64,000 bases of DNA. Source: Psilocybe cubensis (lineage: Eukaryota). The position numbers and the translations under genes are program-made. Shown in pieces: positions 37,980 to 52,544 of this stretch; position 1 is the first letter of the stretch; the number at the start of each line of letters is the position of its first letter. The stretch covers positions 1,860,001 to 1,924,000 of the forward strand of contig CM039004.1 of the NCBI GenBank assembly GCA_017499595.2, read 5' to 3'. A model generated the notes under the pieces. That model was not told the DNA's origin. It did not search any database and saw nothing but the letters and a program-made list of their open reading frames with translations.

Positions 37980-40900
37980 ATGTCTCCTCCGGGCTCACCC
38001 AGGTTGGTTGACTCCTACACAGTGCCAAAGGATATTTTGCAAGAGTTTCATGACCTTGCTGAAGAAGAAGATGTCGACCCTTTCGCTGAAACTGCCTCAA
38101 AGCGCCAGATCGCTGCTCGACAGTCCGACTATCACAACCGACGATTTAAGCGCGTTGCTGTCGACAGTGCCGACGCATTCAAAGAAGGAGGCGAAGGAAA
38201 GGAAGATGAGGGTGGGTATAAGGAGGCTATGCGTTTGACTCGGTTGGAACAAGAGGAGCTGAGAGTGAAGAGAGCAATCGAGGAGAAGCAAAGGAAGGCA
38301 AGAGAGGAGGATCAGATGAAAATGGATCTCGACAAAACCCCGCCTCGTGAAGAGATAGAAGCTGCTGCCAAGGAACTTGCTGCTATGAACAAAGACAAAG
38401 AGGCGGGAAGCAAGCGAAAGAGGCGATGGGACGTAGAAGAGCCGGCGGACGAAAATGTCGACCCCAACAAGAAGGATTCTGGAGAGTGGTCGAAGGAAGC
38501 TCTCGAAGCCTCTGCGCCTAAGAAGCGACGCTCGCGCTGGGATGCTACTCCTGCTGACACCGTCGGGGAGACACCAAAACGGTCTCGTTGGGATCAAACA
38601 CCCGCCCCAGCCCCAGAGGCGCCTATGATGCCCATCATCATGAATGCCCCAGGGATAATGCAAGATGACAAACATAACAGGTATCTCACCGACGAAGAGC
38701 TCGATGCCGTCCTGCCAGCATCTGGTTATGCAATCGTTCCTCCTCCCCCGGGTTATGCCCCAATGGTTGCTCCTCGTAAATTTATGGCTACTCCTATCAC
38801 AGAAGTCGGTGGATTCCAAATCCAAGAAAGCTCCGATGCTGCTGCTGCTGCTGCTGCTGCTGGTCTGGCCCCCGAGTTGCCTACAGAAATTCCAGGAGTT
38901 GGAAACTTGGCTTTCTTCAAACCTGAAGATGCTCAGTATTTTGCGAAGATCCTGAAAGAAGAAGATGAAACCGAGTTAACAGTCGATGAGATGAAGGAGA
39001 GGAAGATCATGAGATTGCTGTTGAAGATCAAGAATGGAACACCCCCAGTTCGTAAAACAGCTCTCCGTCAAATTACAGACAAAGCTCGCGAATTTGGTGC
39101 TGGGCCTCTTTTCGACAAAATTCTTCCCCTCCTCATGGAACGCACACTCGAGGACCAGGAGCGGCATTTACTTGTTAAAGTCATCGATCGTGTCCTTTAC
39201 AAACTGGATGATCTTGTCCGCCCCTATGTGCATAAAATTCTTGTTGTTATTGAACCCCTTCTCATTGACGAAGATTATTATGCTCGTGTTGAAGGTCGTG
39301 AAATCATTTCCAATCTTTCCAAGGCTGCTGGTCTGGCACACATGATTTCAACAATGCGACCCGATATTGATCATGCCGATGAATATGTTCGTAACACGAC
39401 TGCCCGCGCGTTCTCCGTTGTCGCCTCAGCACTTGGTATACCCTCACTTCTTCCTTTCCTGAAAGCTGTTTGTCGCTCCAAGAAATCGTGGCAAGCTAGG
39501 CACACCGGTATTCGTATCGTACAACAAATTGCTATTATGATGGGATGCGCTGTACTCCCTCATCTCCGCAACTTAGTTGACTGTATTGCCCATGGATTGT
39601 CTGACGAACAGCAAAAAGTTAGGACCATGACTGCATTGGGTTTGGCTGCCCTTGCTGAAGCGGCTGCCCCATATGGCATCGAATCCTTCGATAACGTTTT
39701 GAAACCTCTTTGGCTCGGTATTCGTCTTCATCGCGGAAAGGGCCTTGCCGCCTTCCTCAAAGCAATTGGCTTTATTATTCCCCTTATGGATCCAGAATAC
39801 GCTTCCTATTACACCAAAGAAGTTACGGTCATCCTTATCCGTGAATTCCAAACGTCAGACGAAGAAATGAAGAAAATTGTTCTGAAAGTCGTCAAGCAGT
39901 GTGCAGCAACAGAGGGCGTTACACCTCAATACATTAAACAGGATATCCTTCCCGATTTCTTCAAATCCTTCTGGGTTCGACGAATGGCCCTTGACCGGCG
40001 TAACTACAGGCAAGTTGTTGAAACCACTGTAGAGCTAGCCCAAAAGGCCGGTGTTTCCGAAATCGTTGGGCGTATCGTCAACGAACTGAAGGATGAAGCT
40101 GAACCTTACCGTAAGATGGTAATGGAAACAATCACTAAAGTCGTTGCAACCCTGGGTGCTTCTGATATCGACGAGAGGTTGGAAGTGCGATTGGTCGATG
40201 GTATTATCTATTCTTTCCAAGAACAAACGACGGAGGATCAGGTCATGCTCGACGGTTTTGGTACCGTCGTGAATGCCCTCGGCATTCGTGTCAAACCATA
40301 TCTCACACAGATCGTCTCCACCATTTTGTGGCGCCTTAACAACAAGAGCGCTAAGGTTCGACAACAAGCTGCTGATCTGACCACCAGGCTTGCCGTCGTC
40401 ATCAAACAGTGTGGTGAAGACCAATTGCTTAGCAAACTAGGCTTGGTATTGTTTGAACAACTTGGAGAGGAATATCCTGATACATTGGGTAGTATCATTG
40501 CCGCTGAGGGTGCTATTGCAAACGTTGTCGGTATGACACAGATGAACCCTCCAGTCAAAGATCTGCGTGAGTAACTTCGTTAAATCACTTTCCAATAAAC
40601 TAATTCTTATCTTTAATGCAGTACCTCGAATGACTCCAATTTTGCGAAACAGACATGAAAAGGTCCAGGAAGCATCAATCAACTTGATTGGTCGTATTGC
40701 CGATCGAGGCGCCGAGTTTGTGCCTGCAAGGGAGTGGATGCGTATCTGTTTCGAACTGCTCGATCTTCTGAAAGCCCACAAAAAAGGAATTAGACGTGCG
40801 GCCGTCAACTCCTTCGGTTATATCGCTAAGAGCTTGGGTCCTCAAGACGTTCTTTCCGTTCTTTTGACCAATCTGCGAGTCCAAGAGCGTCAGAGTCGCG

Positions 40901-41548
40901 TATGCAGTACTGTTGCTATTGCTATCGTGGCAGAAACTTGCGGACGTGAGTAATTATTTTATTTCCCTCCGTAAAGCTGACATTTATTTTGTTCTTCTAG
41001 CCTTCACATGTATTCCCGCCATCCTGAATGAGTACCGCACGGCCGAATTGAACGTTCGAACGGGCTGTTTGAAAGCGCTCTCTTTTGTCTTCGAATACGT
41101 TGGGCCACAGTCAGCATATTATTGTGACTCGGTTGTTACAATGCTTGAGGATGCACTTACCGACCGCGATCTTGTCCATCGTCAAACTGCCAGTACAATC
41201 GTTAAACATCTAGCCCTCGGTGTAGCTGGATTAGGTTGTGAAGATTCAATGCTGCATCTCATGAACCTTGTTTGGCCAAATTGTTTCGAGACATCGCCCC
41301 ACGTCATTGGCGCCGTCATGGAGGCTATTGAAGCCATGCGCGTCACTTTGGGTCCTGGGGTGCTGCTGAGTTATGTGCTACAAGGTCTGTTCCATCCTGC
41401 CAGAAAGGTTCGCGAAGTGTATTGGCGCATTTACAATGCCCTCTACTTGGGCGCGGAGGATGCGATGGTGCCGTTCTACCCTGACCTTGGTGAACTTACC
41501 GAAGGACAGAACGTTTATGATAGACATCCTTTACAAGTTTTTATTTAG
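37980..41548 (+). CDS. SF3B1: U2 snRNP splicing factor SF3B1 (Hsh155/Prp10)
   Basis: ULM-like [52 protein letters not shown] and HEAT repeats. Introns 40567-40621 and 40946-41000. Confidence 0.97.
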
Positions 41549-41760
41549 TTCGCTTTCTTTCTAACTTGCTTTTCCTTCCTCTTCCTATCTTTCTTGTCGC
41601 TTTCCTTTACTCCTATGTACATGTATTTTCCATCCGCGAAAAAGTCCGTGTTTTTGGGCGTCTAATATGAATCTCAAAGCTGCCTTTCACATGAAAATCA
41701 AAAAGATGCCGATTATGCGACTACAGTATCTACGTGTAAGTATACGTTATATCCAATATT

Positions 41761-44700
41761 TCATGAAGGAGTGCCAGTGAGGCCAGGTGGGAAGCCGGAA
41801 AAGTCGACCTGCTCCTGGAAATTTTGACCAGCTATACTGTAGGCTATCCGCAAGCGTAAACGGACGGCGCTCTGGTAGAAATAAAACACATTAGTAAAAT
41901 ATAAAAAAGTTAAATAAGTACTCACTCCAACTGGAGCCAAAACTCTCATTTGTTGGGTTTCAGTAGCGCCTAGGTTAATATTGGAGTTGGACATGGGAAG
42001 CATCTGTAGCTGCTGTGACTGCGTTCGCCAGTTGGGTAAGACCAAAGATGTAGATTAATCGACGAATGTAATCAATCGTACCTTTGGAACAGCAGCCTGG
42101 AAACTCAAACCAGTAGCAGGCTCACCGCCAGACACCTGGAAACGCGCCAAAATCATCACCACACCCGGTTTTGTGGGCGACGTTTGTGGCGTAAGAGTAA
42201 TTTTCAGGCCGTTCTTATCGTACGCTGGGTATGAGGGATAACGCTGTGCAGCTGCAGCTGCAGCGGCCTGTGGTGGGGGTGAAGCGGCTTGATTGGGGGT
42301 GTATGATGGTGCGGGGGTAGAAAATGAAGGTGTGGCTGAGTAGGGCTGTTGGGGAGCGGGAGAAGCTGGGCCGGAGTTGCCAAACAACCCGAGAATGTCA
42401 TTGACCGAGGATTTTTGCTGAGGAACAGGAGGGGATACAGAGTCTGAAGTTACGGAAGATGAGCCAAAAATTTCAGCAAGCAGGTCTTGGTTCGATTGCA
42501 CAGACGCGGCAGGCTGATTGACAGGCGCGCCTGGTGTTGAAATAATTTCGTCACCCAAAAGATCCGCCTGAAGAAAGTAAGTTCAGTCATTTCTAAATAT
42601 AAAGGTTACGATAGTGACGTACGTCTTGGCCTTTGGTAGACCCCACAGGCTTCTTCTCGCTGACTACAAGGCAACATAAATGACTTTACCAAAGCAATGT
42701 CGATTATCAACTTACCAACTCCCATAACAGTCGCCTTGATCTCTGGAGGCGGCATTTGTTCCAGGACACCAATTCGCGTATCTCCCAGGCTAAACAAACT
42801 AGCAAATTCGACTGCTCGCTGCTGCAATTCCAGTTCAGGGCTGGTGGTATATTTTGCTAGCACTTCAGCAATGCGGTCTTGTTCTGGGACAGATGTTGTG
42901 CTACGTGCTGCGATCTTTGTTACCGCTGCGAGGACAAATTGACGAACTAGGTAGTTGGCGTAAGGGGAGTCAAGAATGGATAGCACCAGGTCGACCAGAT
43001 CCTTGTCTGTAATCTATTGAAAGGAGCAGATTAGAGAATTAAAAGTGAGGTTAGGAAGCAACATACGGTAATTGTCTGGTCTTCATCTACGATACCTCCC
43101 TGTAGAATGATTTCACTGTATTCACCCAGAATCCATGTTGCTGCCAGTGTTAATGATTCCTGAGAAATGTCTGACTTGAGAGCCAGATATAATTTCGATG
43201 CTGTATAAGACTGGAGTTCGGGAGTGTGTGCAACAAGTCTAATAAATGCAGATAGAATTTCTTCGCGAACAAAATTTCCAGCCTATATATATAATGATGT
43301 TTAAAGGGCAGGATTATACCTATTGCAATGCGACATACCAATTTCAAAACACGTAGCACAGTGTCAATATGCCATCGTTTGTTGGGAGCAAATCGCTCAG
43401 CTGCCAGAGAAATCTGAGTTGTCAATCCCAGTTTGAATTCGTCGTCCGCAACTTCCAGGAAAGCCAATAATTCGCGAATCAGAATGCGAACATTCTGCTC
43501 ATTGATCAACGCATACGAAAGCTCAAGGGCACGTCTGCGAATGGAGATATCCCCGTCCCTCAAGCAATCGAGAATGATGTTCCTATGGCGTTGCACAGCG
43601 TTCGTGTCCATTGACACTACTTTGTTGAGGGTGTTGAGCGCGACGTATCTGTGGGATATAAATAACTGTCCATTGAATGGGTGAGTAAGACAGACCGAAT
43701 GTTGTTATCTTTGTTGCTCAAAAACTTCCCGAGGATGTTAATGGCCATGACCCGCAGACCTGTGTCCGCTTCAATTTCTAGGACTGTGAGTACAGTTTCA
43801 TACAAAATCGAATTTCCGACATTCTTGGATGAATCCGTGTTGGTCGCAACCTTGATGCAAGTGTGAATAGTAGCTTATACGTCAAAAGGGTACGTACTTG
43901 TGCCAGAATATCGTTCATCGTCTCGCTAGCTTGTTCGTCTCCCTTTCCTAGCATCCGCAGCAATCGCAATATTTTGACTTGGAGGAAGGGATCGGTTATC
44001 CCTGAGACGTCATGCTCTGGGCTATATCCCGTCGTCACCAACGATTTTAGATTGCGAACAAGCAGTGGAACAGCCTATGCAGTATGTCAAGAAATATTCA
44101 AAGTGAGAGTGAGATGGTATTGCTAACAGTGCGGAATTCATCCAAAATCGCGTTGTCGATTTGACACATCTCAGTGACAAGTGTAATGGCAGTTAATAGG
44201 ACACCATGGTTGCGATCTGTCAGGAGATTCTTGGCTTTCGAAGTGAAATGGTCTGCAATATCAGGAACTTTCTTGACTACGCGTAACGCGCAAAGTGCGG
44301 CCTTGTTTATCAACATATATTAGGATCGTAACAGTAACCTTGAGTCGAATCGGCGTACCTTTTTGCGAATATAAGTATTGCTGGATCCAAGCAATTTCTC
44401 TATCTCATTAGCAAGATCGCGGGACATCTCTTCTGATGCAATGTTGGCAAAGGTACAGAGTGCGAGCCCAACGGCGTACATATTGGAGTGGTTCATGTCA
44501 CTAATCGAAAGTAAAACGAGTTAAGAGTGTACAAGATGAGCCATGACAGTTGTACATACTTTTTAAGAGAGTTGGTCACCAGAGTAAGGACTTCCTGATT
44601 CTCGTCTAGCAAAAGCATAATCCCAAGATATCCCAGACGCTTGTCTGAAAAGCGGGGGCTGGCGACGAGTTTCAAACATTCAATTTGTCCAAAGTGGGCA

Positions 44701-44992
44701 GGGGAGCCTAGCATATGGATATACAGGAGCTTCGCGATGTTGTTGTGCCGTTGGAAGGAGTCCTCTTCCCTAAACGATGCACGAATGGCGGCCGACTCCT
44801 GTTGGATGAGGGCGCGTTCATCTGCCACGGTCTATTGAAGCGCAAGATAGATCAGATTCGAAAGTCAGGGTTGCGTGCTACTGACAGACCTTGCATGAGC
44901 GGATTCCCTTGATAAGGGCTAGATAGAGAATTAGTTTGGGTCTTTTGAGAGTTAAAAGGGGCGTTCCTACCCTTGAGATTGTTGTAGACCAT
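41761..44992 (-). CDS. APL4: AP-1 adaptor complex gamma subunit
   Basis: [63 protein letters not shown] and a gamma-ear domain with FQAAVPK and LRLRIAY. Confidence 0.95.
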
Positions 44993-45367
44993 GAATATAG
45001 GGCCTCCTTTGCGACTGTAACTTGACTTTTGGAGAGCCCTTGCGCCCAGCCTCAATATCGGCGTGACACAACTGTGACACGGTGGGAACATTCCCTAATA
45101 GGGACGATTACCCCTAATGAATAACATTGGCTGCTCAAAAGCTCTGCGTATGTTCAGTATTGCAACCTTTTCTTGCAGAAAAGCGCGGATTTTATATGTA
45201 ACCCATGTTCTGTAATTTTTGGCTCACTTTTACAATTTTCCTTTCTTTTTGCACCGCTTACTGACGCAGTGTTCTATTTTTGGCACCCTCCGTTCACAAT
45301 CAATTCACTGGTTTATCGTATCAGCCCAAGCTTGCCGCTGTAAAGCCAGGTGGCAGCAATGGAGTCC

Positions 45368-45429
45368 GTTGTTTCATGAGGATGTATCAGCATTCAGGAA
45401 TCAGTTGTTTCATGAGGATGTGTTAGCAT
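45368..45429. repeat. Two-copy imperfect direct repeat GTTGTTTCATGAGGATGTRTYAGCAT (36-nt period)
   Basis: Copies start at 45368 and 45404. Confidence 0.8.
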
Positions 45430-45993
45430 CGTGAGTGTAACCTGGCACTTTGATCATGTGACAGAGCTAAAATACTTGATTCAAACGTGAAAACGCTTGT
45501 CAATGATCTGACTTATTTCTGTTTCTTGAATGTTGACATACCCGTATCTTGCTCATTCCGATAATGGATCCCGTACATTTGTAGTGGTCCAATTTACATG
45601 GCGTCTATTGGTTGGTCTTTTGCATGGACCATGAGCCGATCTTATTACCTATTCATGGCTATTGTTCATGCCACTGGTAGCGAGGCAGACAGGTGCCTTG
45701 TTTTTTTTGCCATCGCATAAGTACCCATCTCTCTTTTATACCTCCATGATCGCTTTTCTCTCATTTTGATACTTTTTGGCAGCTCCTATCTGTCGCCGCC
45801 GCCTTCCCTTTTGATTCCTAATACGTCCTCGTTTGTAAGTTGTTATTTCAAGTTACTCTTCCCCTTCTTCTTGTGTCCTATTTATCCTTATTAAGTCCCT
45901 CTTTATCCTAATCTCCGCATACGTTTTCATCCAGTAGATTTGGCTCATATCCATTCACTCAAACGGAGCTGGTCTGGCATCCATTGTACCACC

Positions 45994-46973
45994 ATGTCAT
46001 CCTCCAAGTTCAAGCCACTGTCGACCAACGATGCAGATTTACGCCTCGCTCGGTTTCTTTCAAAGCACGATGATCCCCTTAATCGTGGCTTTATAACCCG
46101 CCTAGACCATTCACCAATCGCAATGAAACGGTGCGCGACCTTGTCACTCGTATTGTATTCCTTTCGTACTTATTCAATTTCCATCCCAGACTTGCCTTCT
46201 TCAGAGCTCTCCTCCTGAACACATTTATTCTCATTGCCCTCACCATTCTCTCATTTATTATGATCTCCCAGTTTCTGTTATCTCCTCCATCAACCCCAAC
46301 GCAAACCTTGATGTGTATTACCCACGACTTCATCGTTGCGTCGGCAATAGTCGTCCTCATACGGTCAACTCTCCTTCCTTTCTTTTGTGGGGAATGTCGT
46401 CTACGTGTCGCATATGGTTTTCGTCCCTCGGAAATTGTAATACGCAGGGCACCACTTCTCGGGAAGGAATATAACAGGCACACAATAGCCCGCGCTGTTA
46501 ATCCGGCACTTCTGTACTCAAACGTCAGTGCTATGCTATCGTCTGATTATTGGACTCTCGAGTATACCATCATCCTCGATGCTCTAAACAGGATTTCCAA
46601 AGGAGAATTTCCCGAGGATGTGTTGGAGTTTTCCGTCTGGAAGCAACGCGAGCAAACTTGGCATGTATGGGAGCTTTGGAAGATGCATGATCTTATATCA
46701 GATGAGCAAGAAATTGCTATCTTCAAGGTGCACGAGTTGATACCATCTTGTCGCATGGCCTTAGTCACTAACAGAGTTCCGCAGTCACTTCTCATTGATT
46801 CAGGAAAGGAGGAACTGCTGGCAGATTGGCAAGGGGCCATTGCCGACGAAAAAGCGCTTGATAGATCGTCAACAGTGAGATCATATCAAACTGTTGTTGA
46901 TAAATTCGCTCGAGAGGGTTTGGACTATGAATCTGTATGGGATCAGGTATCCGAAAAGAGAAAATTTGCTTAA
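45994..46973 (+). CDS. Hypothetical fungal membrane protein (two N-terminal hydrophobic segments)
   Basis: MSSSKFKP…HSPIAMKR spliced to LAFFRALLLNTFILIALTIL…LRVAYGFRPSEIVIRR…. Canonical introns and a probable 5'UTR intron (~45835-45937). Confidence 0.7.
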
Positions 46974-47593
46974 AATCCTTGTAATGGTCTGATCCACACC
47001 TTTCTCATTTGCCTCTTAGATGTAAACTGCGTATCAACCACTGTATGTATAACAAACCTGTATTTTCTGTAAAGCATAGCGTAATGTTGCATGGAATTTA
47101 ACTCTGTCTATGTAGATCATCATGGTCAAAAATGTTCAAGGACATTGCTACCGACGATCAAGTTAAGCTTATATGGGGGAAATCTGACACTCATCGACAA
47201 TCACTTCGGGGATAATTGACTTTCGTTTATTGAATCTAATCAATGAAATTCAATAGTCCTTTCTACTACGTACCAGATTGTCCATGCTGCCAACTGCGCG
47301 CACCCGCAGTCTGGCAACAAAGCCTCTCGCGGCCACGTTGCCCTTGGTATTTAGTTTAAAGGTGTGCTTTCCTTACGAAAGAGAACTTGATCAAGGTAGA
47401 ATCTGGGAAAAAACCTTAACTATTTAAACGTTTCGGTCAACCCCATGCCACCAGATACTGTTTGGTTAGAACTCCCACCTCGAGCTCAGAGTCTGAATAT
47501 CGCTCCATTCAGACTGCGCGCTCTAGTTGGAAGTTCTTCTCCTACGCTCTACTCTTAACGCGACCACCTCTACTTGCTGTCGTCCGGTACTTT

Positions 47594-50500
47594 ATGTCCA
47601 ACATAACTATGAGTTCATCCGTCTGCAAGTTCAACCTCAGCGGTTCATGTCGCAATGGCAAGCTATGTTCCTTTAGCCATCAAAGGACTGTACCGCGTCA
47701 GAACGCCGCAAAAAAAGTCGCATGCAGATACTTTCCTAAGGGAACGTGCGCGTACGGTGATCAGTGTTCACGAGCTCATGTCCTTCCCGAGTCTGATGCA
47801 GACCAGACGAAACGGGGCGGCAAGCCAGTCAGAGCCAGCAATCGCGGCAATGACGGTGATGCGCCTGCCAATACTGGTTCAACGAACTACAACCGTGTTG
47901 TGGACGCGTTGAATAGCCAGTCAGAATACCTTGATGATGCAACGTCCAATCATGAAAGGCAGGATGATGATGAGAGCAATGTCAATCCCAATGAGGAAAG
48001 TCATCCACAGCCTCTCTCATCCGTTCCACCGTCCCGAGACACCTTTAATTCATCCGATGAGGAAAAGCCACAATGCGTCTTCTTTCTGCAAGGGGTGTGC
48101 GAATCTGGCGATACATGCGTTTTCCTCCATTCGGTTCCTGGCAAGTCTCACACAGATGTAGTGCATGGTGAGTGGTCATCATTCCGACCAATTAGACCTC
48201 AATATAGTAGAACAATTTTAGGGCCAAATAAAAGCGAATCCACCCGGGCAGTATGCCAGTATTTTCAACGCGGATTTTGTCGGTTAAAAGACAAGTGCAA
48301 GAACATACATGAATCGCCGAACAAAGCGTCGAAGGGCTCTAATCAACCCTCTGAATCTGACTCGTCGCCCGCTTCCGGTATCCAGAGCCCCGTTTTCGGG
48401 AATAAGGTCCTCCAAGCGTATTCCAGCGCCAGCGACACACAAATGCAAACCCCCACCGGTCATGGCGATTACATACATCAATGGGAGGATGACCAGGAGA
48501 AAGGAAGCCAGTTTGACGAGGAGGAGGAGGAGTGGGAAGGCGAACAGGATGCTGAAGAAGTTTTGAAAGATCCACCTCAGATTTATCATCGCGCAGAAAT
48601 TCCTCTGGACAGTAATGGGACCATTATGAACCAGAATGAAGATGTATCTGGACAGTGGAAAGGATCTTTCTCCAACACCGGAAGGTCATCACCGGATATT
48701 TCTCAAGGTCTGGAGCAGAAGTCCGAACAAGAACCTGTCCAGTCGGGTGACTCTCGCAAACGCAAAAGGCCCGGTAGCTATTATGGAGAAGGATGGTCAG
48801 AGGAGGAGGTTGGATCACCTCGGTGGCCGATACCAACTGCAACCAGTCAAATTCCCGAGGAAAACATCCCAATACCGACACAACCTGTATACCCACATAT
48901 CTCGGAGGTCAAACCGCATTGGTCACAATTCGCGGATCCATACGCAGATCCTAAGGTACCCTTTTGTAAATTCCATGCCCAAGGGCAATGTACACAGGGT
49001 TTTACCTGCAAATTCCGTCACTCCCTCACACCTCACGAATATACCACTCTTTTTCACGATCAGCAGCCTAACTTGTGGACTTTGAAAAGAAACTCGCTAA
49101 ATGACAATGTTGCTCCCACCACAATTGCGCGCACTACCCATGCATATGAACTTTCGACTTCTTTTGTTCAACCACCTTTTGGAGCGCCCTCTCTTACCCC
49201 GAGACCGTCTGCGTCTACTTCGCGCCAGGAATGTCTTTTCTACCCCCGCGGAAAATGTCAGAATGGTGAAAATTGCCCATTTAAGCACATTGGGCCACCA
49301 CCTCCTACAATCCCTGCTCCGAAATCAGAGCCGGATGATTCGAAGCCTTACAAATCCTCGATTAATTACAATTCAAAAGTCTGCAAGTATTTTGCGAATG
49401 GGCGCTGCAAAATGGGCTCTGACTGCAAATTCGTACATGAAGAAGTTGACAGTAATCATGAAAAGGAATCAGAGGAGTTGGACCAACGTGAGTCAGCAAC
49501 CAAACAAGCTGATGCCGACAACGGATGGGGGAGACCATGGGACGAAACACCCAATGATGCCGATTGGAATGACAATCCAATTGAAGGTATCAAGTGGGAC
49601 GCCCCTCCAGATCTCAGTGGATGGGACATAACTAGCACGAGCGATAATAAGCTGGAGAAGCAGACATGCAATCAATTCACCAAGTATGGCACCTGTCGCT
49701 TCCAAGACAGCTGCAAATTTGCTCATGATGTAGAACCCAACGAGTCGACCCCTACCATCGAGGAGAAGAAAACCCCAGTTGAAACCCTTCAACACTCTGA
49801 CAATGATGAAGGCTACTCGCCACCTGGGACTAGAACTGATTCTCCTGTATCGCTATGCCCGTACTTCTTCAAGGGACGGTGTAAAAACGAAGAAATTTGC
49901 GAATTCAGCCACGGCAACCCCCAACCGCACTTAAATCAGGCACGGCTTAATCAAACAGTCAGCGAACGCTCCATTACACCTGGGCAATCGAATGATCACG
50001 AAGAAGTAGAAAATGGCGAGGAAGAAGAGCAAGAAGAGCAGCAGAAAGAGGAAGAGGAAGAGGAACTACAGGACAATGAACGCCAGGCAGATGTGGAGCA
50101 GGAGCAATTGGTGGTAGCCGAAGAAATTTCCAATGACGCACCTATGCAGGTGGCTAAGGTGCAAAGCAAGATTCTGAAACCATGTCGATACTTCATTCAG
50201 GGCCATTGTAAAGATGGATTGAACTGCAGATTCGCACATGATAACGCCTCTGGGGATATTCCAGATGAAATAAAGGTAAGCTCTCCAGTTAGTATCTCCA
50301 AAGATATGCTTAATTGGTATTGAGCAGCCGAATGACAATGATATTATTGAAGAATCTGGCGAAACTGCACATCTTGAAGCCAGCGCTGTCGGGGCTGGTG
50401 GTACCAATGAACAGTTCACCGTCGACTCCGGTAGAATCGACCAGGATGAATTCCCAGACCAAGCCCTAGAACCTATAGTGAGTGTTCACACCGCAAGCAT

Positions 50501-52413
50501 GAACGATCTGCTAACGATTTTATCCTGTATAGTTTTTCGATCATCCGCTTGTTACCCGCCTTCTTTTAAGCTGTGAGGTCACTGTCGGACCAGATTCGGC
50601 CCCTTCTCAAATCACAACGATGTCGGACTCCACCAAAATTATCTTATCAGACCTCCCTGACTCAGCCAACGCTCAGGGTATTCGTGAATTTTGCAGCACA
50701 TTTGGTCAAGTCAACAATGCTGTCAACATCAACACAACTTCTATCACCCCCGTGTTCCAAGTAGAGTTCGCAGAGATATCTCACGCCATCAGAGCGGCCA
50801 AATCGATAGGAAAACACTTGTACCACGGAAAGAAAATAATAGCAACATTAAAGGCTAGGGTGCCTTTAACTATTACAGATGCCAATGACCAATTAGTCCT
50901 CAAAGTTTCATGGCCCAACCCAAGCCAGAGCGCATGGAGCCATTATCCAACAATCACTAAAGCAAAGCAAGAGGCAGCTCGCCTCAATAACATAACCTTC
51001 AGGGGGAGGACCATTAAAGCAACCTTTGTTACACCTCATCGTAGCCAAAAGGACTTATTTGCAATCAAAATCGACAGATTGCCTGTGGACGTTACGAAGG
51101 CAGAACTCGAACAAATCTGTACCAACACTACTCTCGTCACCCTCAATCAACCAACTTACACCGAAGACTCGAGTAATGCCATTCGTTCCGCTCTTGATGA
51201 ATGCGGCGGCCTGGAAACCTTTGACCCTCTCGCAGGAAACAGCGAAAGAGCGATTGCTGTTGCCTTCGCGATATTTCAAAGTGATTCCATGGCGAAGGCT
51301 GCCATGAAGTCTCTAGACTCACAAGAGCAGAACTATCTGGGAAATCAATCCGTAACTCTTCGACCGGTTTACTACTCTCGATATCGAGTTCTCCGTGATC
51401 AACTGGAGGCTATCCAGAATGAATTGTACCAGATACAGGCAGAATCTGACAGACGGTGCTCAGTTCAGATCGATGACCATCACGATACTACTCTGGCTTG
51501 GATCCGAATGTACGCCTCTCCGGAGGTCGGCCCTAGGTTTCATGCAGAACTGAAAGACCTTGTCAGTGGTACAATCCTCAAGGCCGAGAATGGTTGTGAC
51601 CTCTGGGATGACTACTTTGAATTGTCCAGCAGCTCTAAAGCTCTCAAGCAGATCAACAATGCATTTATCCATCGTGATCTTCGCACCAAACAATTGAAGG
51701 CTTATGGATCCCTCAGCGAGCGAGATGAAGCACAAAAATTAATCCTTAAACTTCTATCCAAGGTTCATTCCCAAAGACACCAAATCACGCTCCCCCGACC
51801 GAAATTGAAACCTTTAATCAATGGGTCCCTTGCAATTTTAAAGACAGAGCTAGGCTTCAACAAAGTCTCTCTGGACGTCATCAAATCTACTCTTATTGTT
51901 CGAGGGTCGTCAGACGACGTTTCAAAGGCACACGCTATTCTTGATTCCTTGAATCCTAACCCTTCTTCGTCCTCTAAACATACAAGTTGCCAAATATGTC
52001 TGCACACACCTACACCTGACGATTCTATCGTACTCTCTTGTCACCATCGATACTGCTCTTCATGCCTTCGCTTTGCTTTGCAACAAATAGGGCATGGACC
52101 TTTACAGTGCATCTCACATCTGGCATCAGATAACTCCAGCGAAAGATGCCCTGCGCATGTTCCATACGCCGTAATTTGTAATCTTCTTTCAGGACCAGAT
52201 GAAAAGGAGTTCATACTGGAATCATTCCTCCAACACGTGCGTTTAAATCCTGAAGAGTTATTTTTCTGTCCTGCGTTGGATTGCCGAGCAACATACCGCC
52301 GCTCAGGAGAGAAGGGTTTGAATCTCAGATGTAAATTTTGTTTATCAGACCTTTGCACATATTGCAAATCCTTCGCTCATGTAGGTGCTTCCTGTCCAAC
52401 AAACCTAAATTAG
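47594..52413 (+). CDS. Multi-CCCH zinc finger + RRM-like + RING1-IBR protein (RBR-like, no RING2)
   Basis: Ten C-x7/8-C-x5-C-x3-H motifs. Introns ~50276-50327 and ~50478-50532 join the two long ORFs in frame. RRM-like IILSDLP…VEFAE and IKIDRLP. RING CQIC…CHHRYCSSC and IBR FCPALDC…CKFCLSDLCTYCKSFAHVGASC. Confidence 0.82.
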
Positions 52414-52544
52414 ATACGATTCTGTATCACTGTCAGTAGATACAATACTTTACAACGTTCATTTAATCATTGAATTTATCAATCCTTTGGAACAGTATTT
52501 ATTAACAAGCAATGTAAGTAAATCCAATGATATACTAGGTGTAT

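Noticed and set aside
38838-38861. (GCT)n microsatellite
   Set aside because: It simply encodes a poly-Ala run in SF3B1.
38097-40808. Long antisense or alternative-frame ORFs over SF3B1 (also over TFIP11, Kap123 and RPP2)
   Set aside because: Shadow ORFs produced by codon bias of the real genes, with no recognisable motifs.
12159-41548. Two spliceosome genes (TFIP11, SF3B1) as a functional cluster
   Set aside because: They are over 20 kb apart with unrelated genes between, which is expected by chance in a housekeeping region.
45368-45429. Direct repeat resembling a CRISPR repeat-spacer
   Set aside because: Two copies with a 10-nt spacer, in a eukaryote with no cas genes. It is a simple local duplication.
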